This document shows positions 1-8,604 of a DNA stretch of 43,480 nt, piece after piece. Position numbers and translations under genes: made by a program. Position 1 is the stretch's first letter. The number at the start of each line of letters is the position of its first letter. The notes beneath the pieces are model-generated. The model saw nothing but the letters and a program-made list of their open reading frames with translations. It searched no databases and was not told where the DNA came from. This DNA comes from Promethearchaeota archaeon (lineage in GTDB: Archaea > Asgardarchaeota > Lokiarchaeia > Sigyniarchaeales > SOKP01): positions 1 through 43,480 of the forward strand of contig JAGXNO010000033.1 of assembly GCA_019894975.1 (NCBI GenBank), given 5' to 3'.

Positions 1-186
1 GCATTATATCCCCTTGGAACCTTATTTAGAAGTTATATTGTCGGTTTAGGGGGACGAGATGTTACAAGAGATGAATTTGATATAGCTAAGAAGAAAATGA
101 CTACGGTATCAGATATGAAAGGAAAGCTTTATATGTATTTAGGCGTAAGAGAAAGCAAATCGAATATTTTGGGGGTGGATGTGTAA
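1..186 (+). CDS. porA: C-terminal fragment of pyruvate/2-oxoacid:ferredoxin oxidoreductase alpha subunit (5' end outside window)
   Basis: Own translation of frame +1: ALYPLGTLFRSYIVGLGGRDVTRDEF...YMYLGVRESKSNILGVDV* (TAA 184-186). GLGGRD and YLGVRE are typical of the PorA C-terminus, and a beta subunit follows directly. Confidence 0.85.
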   Translation, partial: ALYPLGTLFRSYIVGLGGRDVTRDEFDIAKKKMTTVSDMKGKLYMYLGVRESKSNILGVDV

Positions 187-187
187 A

Positions 188-1276
188 ATGTCACAACCAG
201 AGAGAAATGTTATTAAATTCGAAGATATTTTGGCAAGAGACGGAAAAAGTAATGTATTATTTTTGAATTATGATAATGAAGCATTCATGAACACAGGTAT
301 TCAAGAAAGTGGTGGAACTCCACCTTTCGCTTCAACAACAACGGGTCCAGCAGGCGAGAAAATACCGGGCAAGGTAGGTGTGAAGCAGGACCTTGTGACA
401 CCCTTCGCTTTCTTTGGCTCAAATTCATTATTTTTGGCAACTGCAAATCCTGCTTATCCAAATGATTTTATGGGAAAAATAGCCGATGCTTTAAAATCAA
501 ACGGATCAGCATTTATTCAATCATTTTCTGATTGTATGAGAGGTTGGAGACATGCTTCAGAAGATGCTGTAAAGATATCGAAACTAGCAACTGATTGTGG
601 TTATTGGCCTTTGTATACAATACGTGTGAAGGATGGTATGCCTACTTTTTCATATTATCGAGGATTAGACATTGATAAAGATAAATTTGTTGAGTACCTA
701 AGATCTATGGGTCGATTTAGACATCTTTTTAAACCGAAATTTATGGAAAAAGAAATTGACGATATAATTTATTATACAGAGCAAAGGAATAACAAATTGA
801 AGAAACTAATCAAGACTTTTGGAACAGATAAACCAATTGATCTTTATAGAGTTAATCGTAAATCTTTAGAACCCCAATCACACTTGTTCCCAGGACACGG
901 TCTTTGTCCTGGATGTGGTGCGGGGATGGTTCTAAATCAAATGGCTACAGCTGCTCAAGCAGTTACGGGAAATAATATAATTTATGTAAATAATACATCT
1001 TGCGCAGAAGTATCTACATCTAAAGACAATGTAACTTCTTGGAGAGTTCCCTGGGTTCATCATCTTTTTGAATCAGGAGCTACAGTTGCAGAAGCGATAA
1101 GTACGGCCTATAAAATCCGTAAAACTAAAGGGCAATTTACTGGTGAAGTTCCTTATGTTATTCATATAGGAGGTGATGGCTCAACATATGATATTGGGTT
1201 TCAATTTCTTAAAGCTGCTATAATTAGAACAAGTACTATGGTTGAAATGAATATATACTTAAAAGAACAGAAGTAA
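188..1276 (+). CDS. porB: 2-oxoacid:ferredoxin oxidoreductase beta (ThDP-binding) subunit, circularly permuted
   Basis: Contains YDNEAFMNTGIQESGGTP, ATANPAYPNDF, SDCMRGW and, later, GHGLCPGCG, NTSCAEV, WRVPWVH, GGDGSTYDIG. ATG188 follows the porA stop and a GGGGTGG SD (ORF track starts at 179). Confidence 0.9.
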   Translation: MSQPERNVIKFEDILARDGKSNVLFLNYDNEAFMNTGIQESGGTPPFASTTTGPAGEKIPGKVGVKQDLVTPFAFFGSNSLFLATANPAYPNDFMGKIADALKSNGSAFIQSFSDCMRGWRHASEDAVKISKLATDCGYWPLYTIRVKDGMPTFSYYRGLDIDKDKFVEYLRSMGRFRHLFKPKFMEKEIDDIIYYTEQRNNKLKKLIKTFGTDKPIDLYRVNRKSLEPQSHLFPGHGLCPGCGAGMVLNQMATAAQAVTGNNIIYVNNTSCAEVSTSKDNVTSWRVPWVHHLFESGATVAEAISTAYKIRKTKGQFTGEVPYVIHIGGDGSTYDIGFQFLKAAIIRTSTMVEMNIYLKEQK

Positions 1277-1318
1277 TTTTTTCAATATCGTTTATTTCTT
1301 TTATTTTTCTTTTTTTAA
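1277..1318 (+). terminator. T-rich tract after porB, putative archaeal oligo-T terminator
   Basis: Several T-runs (tttttt...tttcttttatttttcttttttt) immediately after the stop codon. Confidence 0.4.
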
Positions 1319-1516
1319 TGAAAATTTATATCGAATAATAATAAAACAAATCTCGGTAAGATGTTGATATAAAACAACTCGTCGTCCTTAACTGTAATTT
1401 TTAATATCTGTATTAAGAAGCAAACATTAATATATTGTATTATATAATGCTGAATATGAATTAAGGGTGAGATAAAAAATATAGTAAATGACAACTTCTT
1501 AGAAGAATTAAAAGAA

Positions 1517-2119
1517 GTGTATCACATCTACAAAAAAGGGAATTATACTTTTGAAAAATACGAAACAGGAATACAGATTGAGAAAGCCTATTTGAATGGA
1601 AAAGTCTTTGTGTTAAAAGGGGGAAGTAGACTTATCTGGAATCTCTCTATAATATCATCAATTCTAAGTGTTCTCTGGTGTATTCCCATTGTTTTGGGCA
1701 GTGTTGGCATCGCACGAGGAGAATTAAATGCCGTACCTATACCCTTCATGTTATTTGTTTTTATTTTTATTGGGATTATTCTCTTTGTCCCAACGTTATT
1801 CCTATTCTTATGTAATAGGTGGTTTCTTGTTATTAGTCCTTCAGGAGTCTATTATCGAAGAAATATTAAAACAGGTGCCTTTCAATGGAAGGATGTGACC
1901 GATCTTGAAGGAGGTTTGAAAACTATAAAAACAAGAGGAATACCTAAACCACCAGAGGTTCCAACCGCCCAAGTAATTATTTATCTGTCTAATGGTCAAC
2001 GCGTCGGCTTCAAGTCAATTGCCTTCCGAAATAAAGAATTTTTGAGAATAATGCAAAGGGTCTTGTTTGTACGTCTTTTTCAAATTTACTCTAGGATTGG
2101 AATACCTTCAGTCCTTTAA
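1517..2119 (+). CDS. Hypothetical membrane protein (2 TM helices followed by a small beta-rich, bacterial-PH-like domain)
   Basis: Two hydrophobic stretches, then 'FLVISPSGVYYR...FQWKDV'. The frame is open upstream to ATA1481 behind GGGTGAG. Confidence 0.6.
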   Translation: MYHIYKKGNYTFEKYETGIQIEKAYLNGKVFVLKGGSRLIWNLSIISSILSVLWCIPIVLGSVGIARGELNAVPIPFMLFVFIFIGIILFVPTLFLFLCNRWFLVISPSGVYYRRNIKTGAFQWKDVTDLEGGLKTIKTRGIPKPPEVPTAQVIIYLSNGQRVGFKSIAFRNKEFLRIMQRVLFVRLFQIYSRIGIPSVL

Positions 2120-2185
2120 TCTTTTCATGTCTATGAATATTGAATATGATCTCAGAGATTCAAGGAGAATAAGTTTTTATAATTG

Positions 2186-2200
2186 TGAGATTAAATCTCA
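2186..2200. promoter_or_regulatory. Perfect inverted repeat TGAGATT-A-AATCTCA just downstream of a TATA-like box (ttttataa, 2175-2182); putative operator
   Basis: Read from the sequence; the related palindrome ATCTC-A-GAGAT lies at 2149-2159. Confidence 0.5.
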
Positions 2201-2258
2201 GTAATGCTTTATTTTTTTAAAATATTAAATTTCATAATTAGATTGTTTGGTGACTATT

Positions 2259-3326
2259 TTGGATTTAGGTTTTAATTCATTAGCAAATTTAGCAAAAATC
2301 AAAAAGAATGTTAAAAGAAAACGAATTTCTAGCTACGATGTATCCGGTGCAAATATTGACGCGGTACCTATAGACAGTATGCAGAAATATGAGATTTGTA
2401 ATCTTAGTGGTGCTGGAATTATTAAACACATTTGGATGACTCTTGCATCAAAAAGTCCAAATTACTTAAGAGAGATTTTAATAAGAATGTGGTGGGATGG
2501 TGAAGAAAATCCTTCTGTTGAATGCCCAATTGGTGATTTCTTTGGAGTCGGTCATGGAAAAACCGTGAACTTTTGGAGTTTACCATTATCAATGGGACCT
2601 CAAGATGGAAAAGGATTCAACTGTTTTTTCCCAATGCCTTTCTCTAAGAGTGTCAGAATCGAAATCGAGAATGAAAGTGATGAAATATTAATATGTTATT
2701 TCTATATTGATTATGAAGAATATGATGAAATAGATACCACTTTTGGGAGATTTCATGCCTTCTGGAATAGATCGAACCCATGTGAAGGTCAGGATTACGA
2801 GTATCTAAAGAAGAAAAATTTAAAAGCAGAAAGATTTACTAGAAAAAATCCAAGTCATGAAAGTGATTATTTAATCTTAGAGACTGAAGGAGAAGGTCAT
2901 TATGTTGGGTGTCATTTAGATATTCATAATTTATTTGAGACTGAAAGATTCAATTGGCCTGGTGAAGGAGATGATTATATCGAAATTGATGATGCGGAAA
3001 TAAAGCTCTATGGAACTGGAACTGAAGATTATTTTTGTACTGCATGGAGTCCGTTTGAATATTATTGTTCACCTTACTTTGGGATAACTCTTCCAGGTGG
3101 AAAGAATTGGAGTGGTAAAATATCATACTATCGGTATCATATTGAAGATCCTATCTATTTTCACAAAAATATTAAGGTAAAAATAGAACACGGACACGCA
3201 AATCAACGTTCAGATGATTTCTCATCAACAGCATATTGGTATCAAGCAGAACCTCACAAAAAGTTCAAATCCATACTACCTGTAGATAAAAGATTACCAA
3301 GAGAAACACCCAAAGATATAAAATAA
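2259..3326 (+). CDS. DUF2961 / glycoside hydrolase family 172 protein
   Basis: GAGIIKHIWMT, RMWWDGEENPSVECPIGDFFG, NCFFPMPF, WPGEGDD, GTGTEDYF, YRYHIEDPIYF, IEHGHAN, SSTAYWYQ. Likely start TTG2259, 5 nt after GGTGA. Confidence 0.9.
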   Translation: MDLGFNSLANLAKIKKNVKRKRISSYDVSGANIDAVPIDSMQKYEICNLSGAGIIKHIWMTLASKSPNYLREILIRMWWDGEENPSVECPIGDFFGVGHGKTVNFWSLPLSMGPQDGKGFNCFFPMPFSKSVRIEIENESDEILICYFYIDYEEYDEIDTTFGRFHAFWNRSNPCEGQDYEYLKKKNLKAERFTRKNPSHESDYLILETEGEGHYVGCHLDIHNLFETERFNWPGEGDDYIEIDDAEIKLYGTGTEDYFCTAWSPFEYYCSPYFGITLPGGKNWSGKISYYRYHIEDPIYFHKNIKVKIEHGHANQRSDDFSSTAYWYQAEPHKKFKSILPVDKRLPRETPKDIK

Positions 3327-3359
3327 GGTGAAATTATAACAAACCCAATTATTTCTCTA

Positions 3360-4193
3360 TTATTTTTTATTTGAAATAAAATATTCTACCCTATCTAACC
3401 ATTCATTCACTAAAGAATTAAATAACTTTTCTTGCTCAATCTGTAAGATATGGCCAGCTTTATCTAATACGGCAAATGTAGCTCTTGGGTAAGATTCAAT
3501 TAGTTTCCAGGCGTCTTGATAACCTACGACAGAATCTTGTCTACCCAACAAAAATAACACAGGTTTATTAAACTCACTTATTTGTTCATCTATATCTTTT
3601 GAAAACGCATAACCGGTTTTACGTGTTTTATTCACGAATTCATTGTCAGCTATATATATTCCAGACATACCTTCCTCATTTGCTCTTTCCCAAACTTTTT
3701 TAGTGAGAACTGTCGACACATCTTTAAATATTTCAGATTCAAAAGGATTTAATTTCGCAATCAGGTTTGGATCCTCAATTAAAATATTAGGACTAGGTAC
3801 ACTCCTTTCATTTTCGTTAGGTATGATGAGGGGGACAAGAAATAGAACTCCATCAATTAAATCGTTCATTTCATTAATTAAACCTCTTGCCAAGTAACTC
3901 CCATAGGATTCACTGACAATGATAAAATTCTGGTTGGGAATGATTTTATCTACAAACTCTATTACAATCTTAAGAAAATCATCTGTGCTTTTGATCCATT
4001 TTTCACTTTTAGTCTTTCCCATTCCAGGCAAATCAAAATAAATTCTTTTATAATTCTTTCTCATTTCAAGAATCGGTTCCATACACCCTTTCATAATTCG
4101 ATGGTCTACAGGTCGTCCATGAATCATTAAAATTGGATATCCCTCACCATAAATTTCGTAGTAAATTTTAGCATTTTCAAGGATACATTCCAT
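3360..4193 (-). CDS. Alpha/beta-fold hydrolase
   Basis: YYEIYGEGYPILMIHG, DLPGMG, nucleophile elbow SESYG, GRQD, AGH. Start moved to ATG4193 to avoid overlap with the upstream racemase. Confidence 0.88.
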   Translation of the reverse strand: MECILENAKIYYEIYGEGYPILMIHGRPVDHRIMKGCMEPILEMRKNYKRIYFDLPGMGKTKSEKWIKSTDDFLKIVIEFVDKIIPNQNFIIVSESYGSYLARGLINEMNDLIDGVLFLVPLIIPNENERSVPSPNILIEDPNLIAKLNPFESEIFKDVSTVLTKKVWERANEEGMSGIYIADNEFVNKTRKTGYAFSKDIDEQISEFNKPVLFLLGRQDSVVGYQDAWKLIESYPRATFAVLDKAGHILQIEQEKLFNSLVNEWLDRVEYFISNKK

Positions 4194-4215
4194 AATTTTC
4201 ACTCTAAAAATATAA

Positions 4216-4905
4216 TTATTCAAGAGCTTCAGTAATAGCCGCTCTTGCGAGCATTCTAGTAGAATCCAAAACGGGTAACGGGCAATCATCTGGATTAACC
4301 AATAATGGGATTTCAGTACAGCCTAAAACGACTGCGTTACAATCTTTTTCTTTTAGTTTTTGAATTACTTTATTGAAGTATAATCTAGATTTTTCAGTAA
4401 AATTACCATTCACAAGTTCTTCAAATATAATCCTATTTATCCTATCTCTATCTTTTTCTTCCGGGATTTCACAGGTAATCCTGTATTTTTTAAGAGCTTC
4501 AGAATATACAGGAGATGTCATGAGATAGTTCGTTCCCAAAATTCCAAGATTTTTAAACTTTCTCTGCTTCGCTCCTTCTCCTACTACGTCTGCTATATGT
4601 AGCCAAGGGATGGGTGATTTAGATATCATTAGATCATATGCTTGATGTATAGTGTTATCAGGGCAAATCGCAAAATCAGCCCCGGCCTTTGCTACAATTT
4701 CTGTAGAAGTAAGCATTAATTCTGCTACTTCTTCCCAATTTCCATTCCAGATGTGTTGCATATAATCAGAAAAAGGTGGAGTATGCATTGTTATCTCTGG
4801 ATGCCTATATTTAAACAATTTCTCTTGAGCTTCAATACATATCGTAGTATAACATAAAGCAGCCCCTTCAGCACTACAAGCAACAATTCCAATATGTTTT
4901 ACCAT
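4216..4905 (-). CDS. Aspartate/glutamate racemase family protein (PLP-independent)
   Basis: Two Cys-containing motifs ICPDNT and LGCTEIP; SPIPWLHI; LGILGT. Confidence 0.9.
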   Translation of the reverse strand: MVKHIGIVACSAEGAALCYTTICIEAQEKLFKYRHPEITMHTPPFSDYMQHIWNGNWEEVAELMLTSTEIVAKAGADFAICPDNTIHQAYDLMISKSPIPWLHIADVVGEGAKQRKFKNLGILGTNYLMTSPVYSEALKKYRITCEIPEEKDRDRINRIIFEELVNGNFTEKSRLYFNKVIQKLKEKDCNAVVLGCTEIPLLVNPDDCPLPVLDSTRMLARAAITEALE

Positions 4906-4942
4906 TTTTTACACTTCGTACCAATAAATTTTTTTATTTTTA

Positions 4943-5746
4943 TTATAAACCTAACATTTTTCTTGCTTCGGATGGATCTGCTACATCTCGACGAACATGT
5001 TTACAAATATCAATATAATTTCTTATAATTTCAGCATTATTTTTTGCTCGTATATCTTTTTTAATGAAAGGGTAATCTTCCGTTCCTACTCTTATATTGC
5101 CACCGTGGGTAAGGACAAAAACTAAAAGCTTCATTTGATCTTCTCCCATTACACTAACAGTATGAATACTGTTAGAGGGCATGAATTTTTTTCTATACAT
5201 ATATTCTTGATAATTTGGGGGACTCCACAATCCCCCTGGCCAATTGAAGAATAAAGTTAAGATATGCGGATTTGACCATTCTAGTAATTTCTCTTTAATT
5301 AAATAATCTAAATTCCATGAGGATCCAGTATGCCATAATTCCCATTCAGGTTTTATATTAGCTTCTTTTAATTTCACACAATATTCTTCCAATTCCTTCA
5401 TTGGATGTAAAACTTCGATAATTACTTGATCATAATGTTCAGTATGATGATTTAACATAACGGACATCATTTCAGGTTTAGAATCAAAATCTCCCTTTCT
5501 TTGAGAAATTGTCTCACTTGACATACCGGCTTGAATAATAATACCACACCTCTCGCGTATTTTTTTTACAGTCTCAATTTCTTCTCCACGAGGAAGGTGA
5601 ATATGAGCAATCGCCGCTCCAGCTTCATAACATTCTACTACATCATCAATTAATTCTTCAGTAGTTTTTCCCCAATTTTTCACTTCAGGATATACCAAAG
5701 AATTTGCTGTTGTAGCAGTTATTATTATTTTTTGGTTTTCTTTCAT
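4943..5746 (-). CDS. Beta-keto acid cleavage enzyme (BKACE / Kce / DUF849 family)
   Basis: AGAAIAHIH metal motif, KPEWE, GGNIRVGTED, VADPSEARKMLGL. Confidence 0.85.
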   Translation of the reverse strand: MKENQKIIITATTANSLVYPEVKNWGKTTEELIDDVVECYEAGAAIAHIHLPRGEEIETVKKIRERCGIIIQAGMSSETISQRKGDFDSKPEMMSVMLNHHTEHYDQVIIEVLHPMKELEEYCVKLKEANIKPEWELWHTGSSWNLDYLIKEKLLEWSNPHILTLFFNWPGGLWSPPNYQEYMYRKKFMPSNSIHTVSVMGEDQMKLLVFVLTHGGNIRVGTEDYPFIKKDIRAKNNAEIIRNYIDICKHVRRDVADPSEARKMLGL

Positions 5747-5779
5747 AATTGCTTCTATAAATTCTTATGATGCCTTGTA

Positions 5780-5798
5780 GTATATAAGCTTTATATAC
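5780..5798. promoter_or_regulatory. Back-to-back TATA boxes GTATATAA-GCT-TTATATAC; putative bidirectional promoter
   Basis: 8-bp perfect inverted repeat between the divergent genes starting at 5746(-) and 5874(+). Confidence 0.5.
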
Positions 5799-5873
5799 CA
5801 AAAAAGCTAATTCTTTTTTAACTTGACTTCCTAACAAATTTGATATATAAAAATATTTGGAGGTTGCTTATAT

Positions 5874-6671
5874 TTGCCAAAAGTGAAAGTTAATGATATA
5901 AATATGTATTATGAGGTTTACGGAGAGGGATTTCCACTTTTAATGATACGAGGATTATCCTCTGATGTATATCGTTGGCCTTTAAGATTAATTAAAGAGC
6001 TTTCAAAAAATTTTAAGGTAGTTCTATTCGATAATAGAGGAGCTGGTCGCACAGATAAACCTGATATCGAATATTCAATTAAGGCTATGGCTGACGATAC
6101 AACTGGTTTAATGAAACGTTTGAATATAGAAAAAGCACATGTACTTGGTTATTCAATGGGAGGATCAATTGCTCAAGAAATCTCTCTAAGTTATCCTGAA
6201 AAAGTAGAGAAGCTTATATTATGCTCAACAGGATGTGGCGGCCCAGAGAGCATTCCAGCATCGGAGGAAGTAAGAGAAGGGCTAACTAGTACTCGAGAAG
6301 GATTATCAGATGATGAATTACTGCGAAATTGGCTTCCTGTATATTTCCCAAATAAGTTCATACAAAATAATCCCGATGAAGTGGAGGAATATATACGCAG
6401 ATCCCTCTTAGCACCAATACCTCCATATGCCTATGCACGTCAATTGCAGGCAGTTATAAGTTTTCATTCATTTGAAAGACTAAAAGACATAAAATCTCCT
6501 ACTTTAGTGATAAGTGGGAAGGAAGACATATTAGTTCCTCATGAAAACTCAATTCTATTGGCAGAAAACATACCTGGTGCCAAATTAACTTTGCTTGATA
6601 ACCTGGGCCATGGACTTTTCACACCAGATCCAATGCTAATCGCAGAACTAATTATTGATTTTCTTATATAG
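5874..6671 (+). CDS. Alpha/beta-fold hydrolase (3-oxoadipate enol-lactonase-like)
   Basis: FDNRGAGRTD, GYSMGG, GKEDIL, LGH; TTG start behind a GGAGG SD. Confidence 0.9.
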   Translation: MPKVKVNDINMYYEVYGEGFPLLMIRGLSSDVYRWPLRLIKELSKNFKVVLFDNRGAGRTDKPDIEYSIKAMADDTTGLMKRLNIEKAHVLGYSMGGSIAQEISLSYPEKVEKLILCSTGCGGPESIPASEEVREGLTSTREGLSDDELLRNWLPVYFPNKFIQNNPDEVEEYIRRSLLAPIPPYAYARQLQAVISFHSFERLKDIKSPTLVISGKEDILVPHENSILLAENIPGAKLTLLDNLGHGLFTPDPMLIAELIIDFLI

Positions 6672-6684
6672 TTTCAATTGTGTA

Positions 6685-7872
6685 TCATACATACTCAATG
6701 GTAGCTGGGGGCTTAGGTGTTACATCGAAATAGATGTTTTTTGTTTTCGGATTTTCAAGTAATTGTAATTTTAGTTTATCTAATAATTCAAGTGGTAACC
6801 TAGTGACCGATGCCGTTCTAGCATCTCTACTATTAATAGATCTAATAATTACATCATATTTACCTGAAGAATTATTTCCTAATTCATAAAGAACTCTAGC
6901 AAATCCCTTTATTTTAGATGCTTTTTCTACAAGCTTATCATAATCCCATTCTCCTTTTTCGATGGAGGGAAGCTCATAAGTTCTACGTCCTTCCAGTAAT
7001 CCAGTAACTTCTTGATTTTTAATGTTTTCACTTACTGCAGCAAATACTTGGAAAGGTTCTTGTTCTTCCTTATCATTGATGATCATTGTTTTTCCGTATT
7101 TACTCTTATAGTAATCCTCAACGTGAGATTCCACAAGATCATGAACTTTCTTCTCAAATTCTAAGTTTTCCATAGACACAGGACCGATAATTCTTGCAGA
7201 TAAAGCAGGTCCTGGAAAGGCTTTTCTGAAAACAAGATCTTCGGGCATTTTAAGATAAGCAAGCACGTCACGCACTTCATGTTTAGTAAGACTAGCAACA
7301 GGTTGAATGGTTGCCTCAACTTCATATTCTATTTCTACATTATGCTGACTCTTTACAAAGCCAGTAATGTTTGCATCCTTTAAGGCAATTTCCTCTTCTA
7401 AAGTCATAGTTTCTTTTAAATCAGTAATTTTTACCCCAAAACTCTCTTCTATATCGGGAAGAATAGTTCCATCAGCGAGAAGATCACATTTTTCTTCTTT
7501 AATGACTCTACTAATGGTATCTGAATAAGCATCCTTGAATAGGTGTCTTTTTTTCTCAGCATCCCTTTCCCCTATTATTTTGGGGAGAAAAGTATCACGA
7601 ATGTCTAAAATCACCACGTCTGGAAATAATTTTTTAATATATTCTCTCTCCTCAATACCTTTTATAATTCTCATGAGCCCGTGGTCGATGAACACAGGAA
7701 TTGTGTTGATATTGGCCTCTTTAAGTAAAAGGTATGCTGCAGAGCTATCTATTCCTCCAGATAATGCGCAAAAAACCTTTTTATCGCTTGCGAATTTTTG
7801 TAAGAATTGGATTGCTGATTTAACAAACTTTTTCGGTTTTTTTGGCGGATTAATTAATCTATGATTTAACAT
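6685..7872 (-). CDS. guaAB: GMP synthase subunit B (ATP pyrophosphatase subunit of the split archaeal enzyme)
   Basis: PP-loop ALSGGIDS, DHGLMR, KSQHNV, FPGPALSARI, C-terminal DVTPKPPATIEYV; no glutaminase domain. Confidence 0.92.
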   Translation of the reverse strand: MLNHRLINPPKKPKKFVKSAIQFLQKFASDKKVFCALSGGIDSSAAYLLLKEANINTIPVFIDHGLMRIIKGIEEREYIKKLFPDVVILDIRDTFLPKIIGERDAEKKRHLFKDAYSDTISRVIKEEKCDLLADGTILPDIEESFGVKITDLKETMTLEEEIALKDANITGFVKSQHNVEIEYEVEATIQPVASLTKHEVRDVLAYLKMPEDLVFRKAFPGPALSARIIGPVSMENLEFEKKVHDLVESHVEDYYKSKYGKTMIINDKEEQEPFQVFAAVSENIKNQEVTGLLEGRRTYELPSIEKGEWDYDKLVEKASKIKGFARVLYELGNNSSGKYDVIIRSINSRDARTASVTRLPLELLDKLKLQLLENPKTKNIYFDVTPKPPATIEYV

Positions 7873-7935
7873 AGAATAGTTTAATCCGATTCCTAAATTA
7901 AGTTTAGTTATTAAGTGGTTATGATTTCAATTTCT

Positions 7936-8457
7936 TCAGTCTTGATTATTAATAAATTCTTCGAGTTGGACAAAAATCCCATCTGGATCCCTAGCCGTAA
8001 CGATTTTTATTAAATCTTTTCCTGGATTTTCAGGAGTTAGATCTGCAACTTAAGGAGGGCTAATAAATTCAACTCCCTTTGACTTTAGATGTTTATAAAC
8101 TTTGTCAACGTCATCCACTTCAAGAGAGATCCGAGTGATCCCGACATTGTTTATTCTATCATAAGGCTTTCCAGTTGAAGGTGGATTAGTCCATTGAAGA
8201 AGATCAAGTAGCGTTGAATTTCTATCATAACCATAGCGGATAACCCAGCCTTTATATTCAGCTGTATCGCCTAATCCAAGAGCAATTCCAACACCTTCAC
8301 TCTTGGTCCTTCTTTTAATAATAGCTGCCTTCTCTCTATTCCCGAGTAAATGTCCTCCTAACAGGTCTACATAGAATTCCAATGATTTTTCAAGGTCTGA
8401 ACAAACCACGTTAAAATGAATTATCCTTTTTATAATTAAGGGGCTTTTTTTTTTCAT
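7936..8457 (-). pseudogene. VOC/glyoxalase-family gene with one in-frame TAA at 8050-8052 (173 codons if read through)
   Basis: HFNVVCSDLEKSLEFY...ISLEVDDVDKVY...GVEFISPP*, then in the same frame VADLTPENPGKDLIKIVTARDPDGIFVQLEEFINNQD* (TGA 7936-7938), which supplies the missing DPDG..LE motif. Confidence 0.8.
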
Positions 8458-8604
8458 TTTTTTTCAATCCCTTTGAGTTTTTTTTTAATTATAATCAACT
8501 TAATTCATTTAAAAAAATATTCCTTTAGAAGATTGGTTTATGATCTATTTACATAAAATCAAAGAAATTTAATATTTATAAGGCAAAGAAATAATTGCCT
8601 GATA

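Noticed and set aside
4194-4289. N-terminal 32 aa of the 3360-4289 ORF
   Set aside because: Overlaps the racemase 3' end; the hydrolase fold begins at ATG4193.
8050-8052. Selenocysteine or pyrrolysine recoding in the VOC gene
   Set aside because: The stop is TAA, not TGA or TAG, and I noticed no other gene with a conserved continuation past a TGA/TAG.
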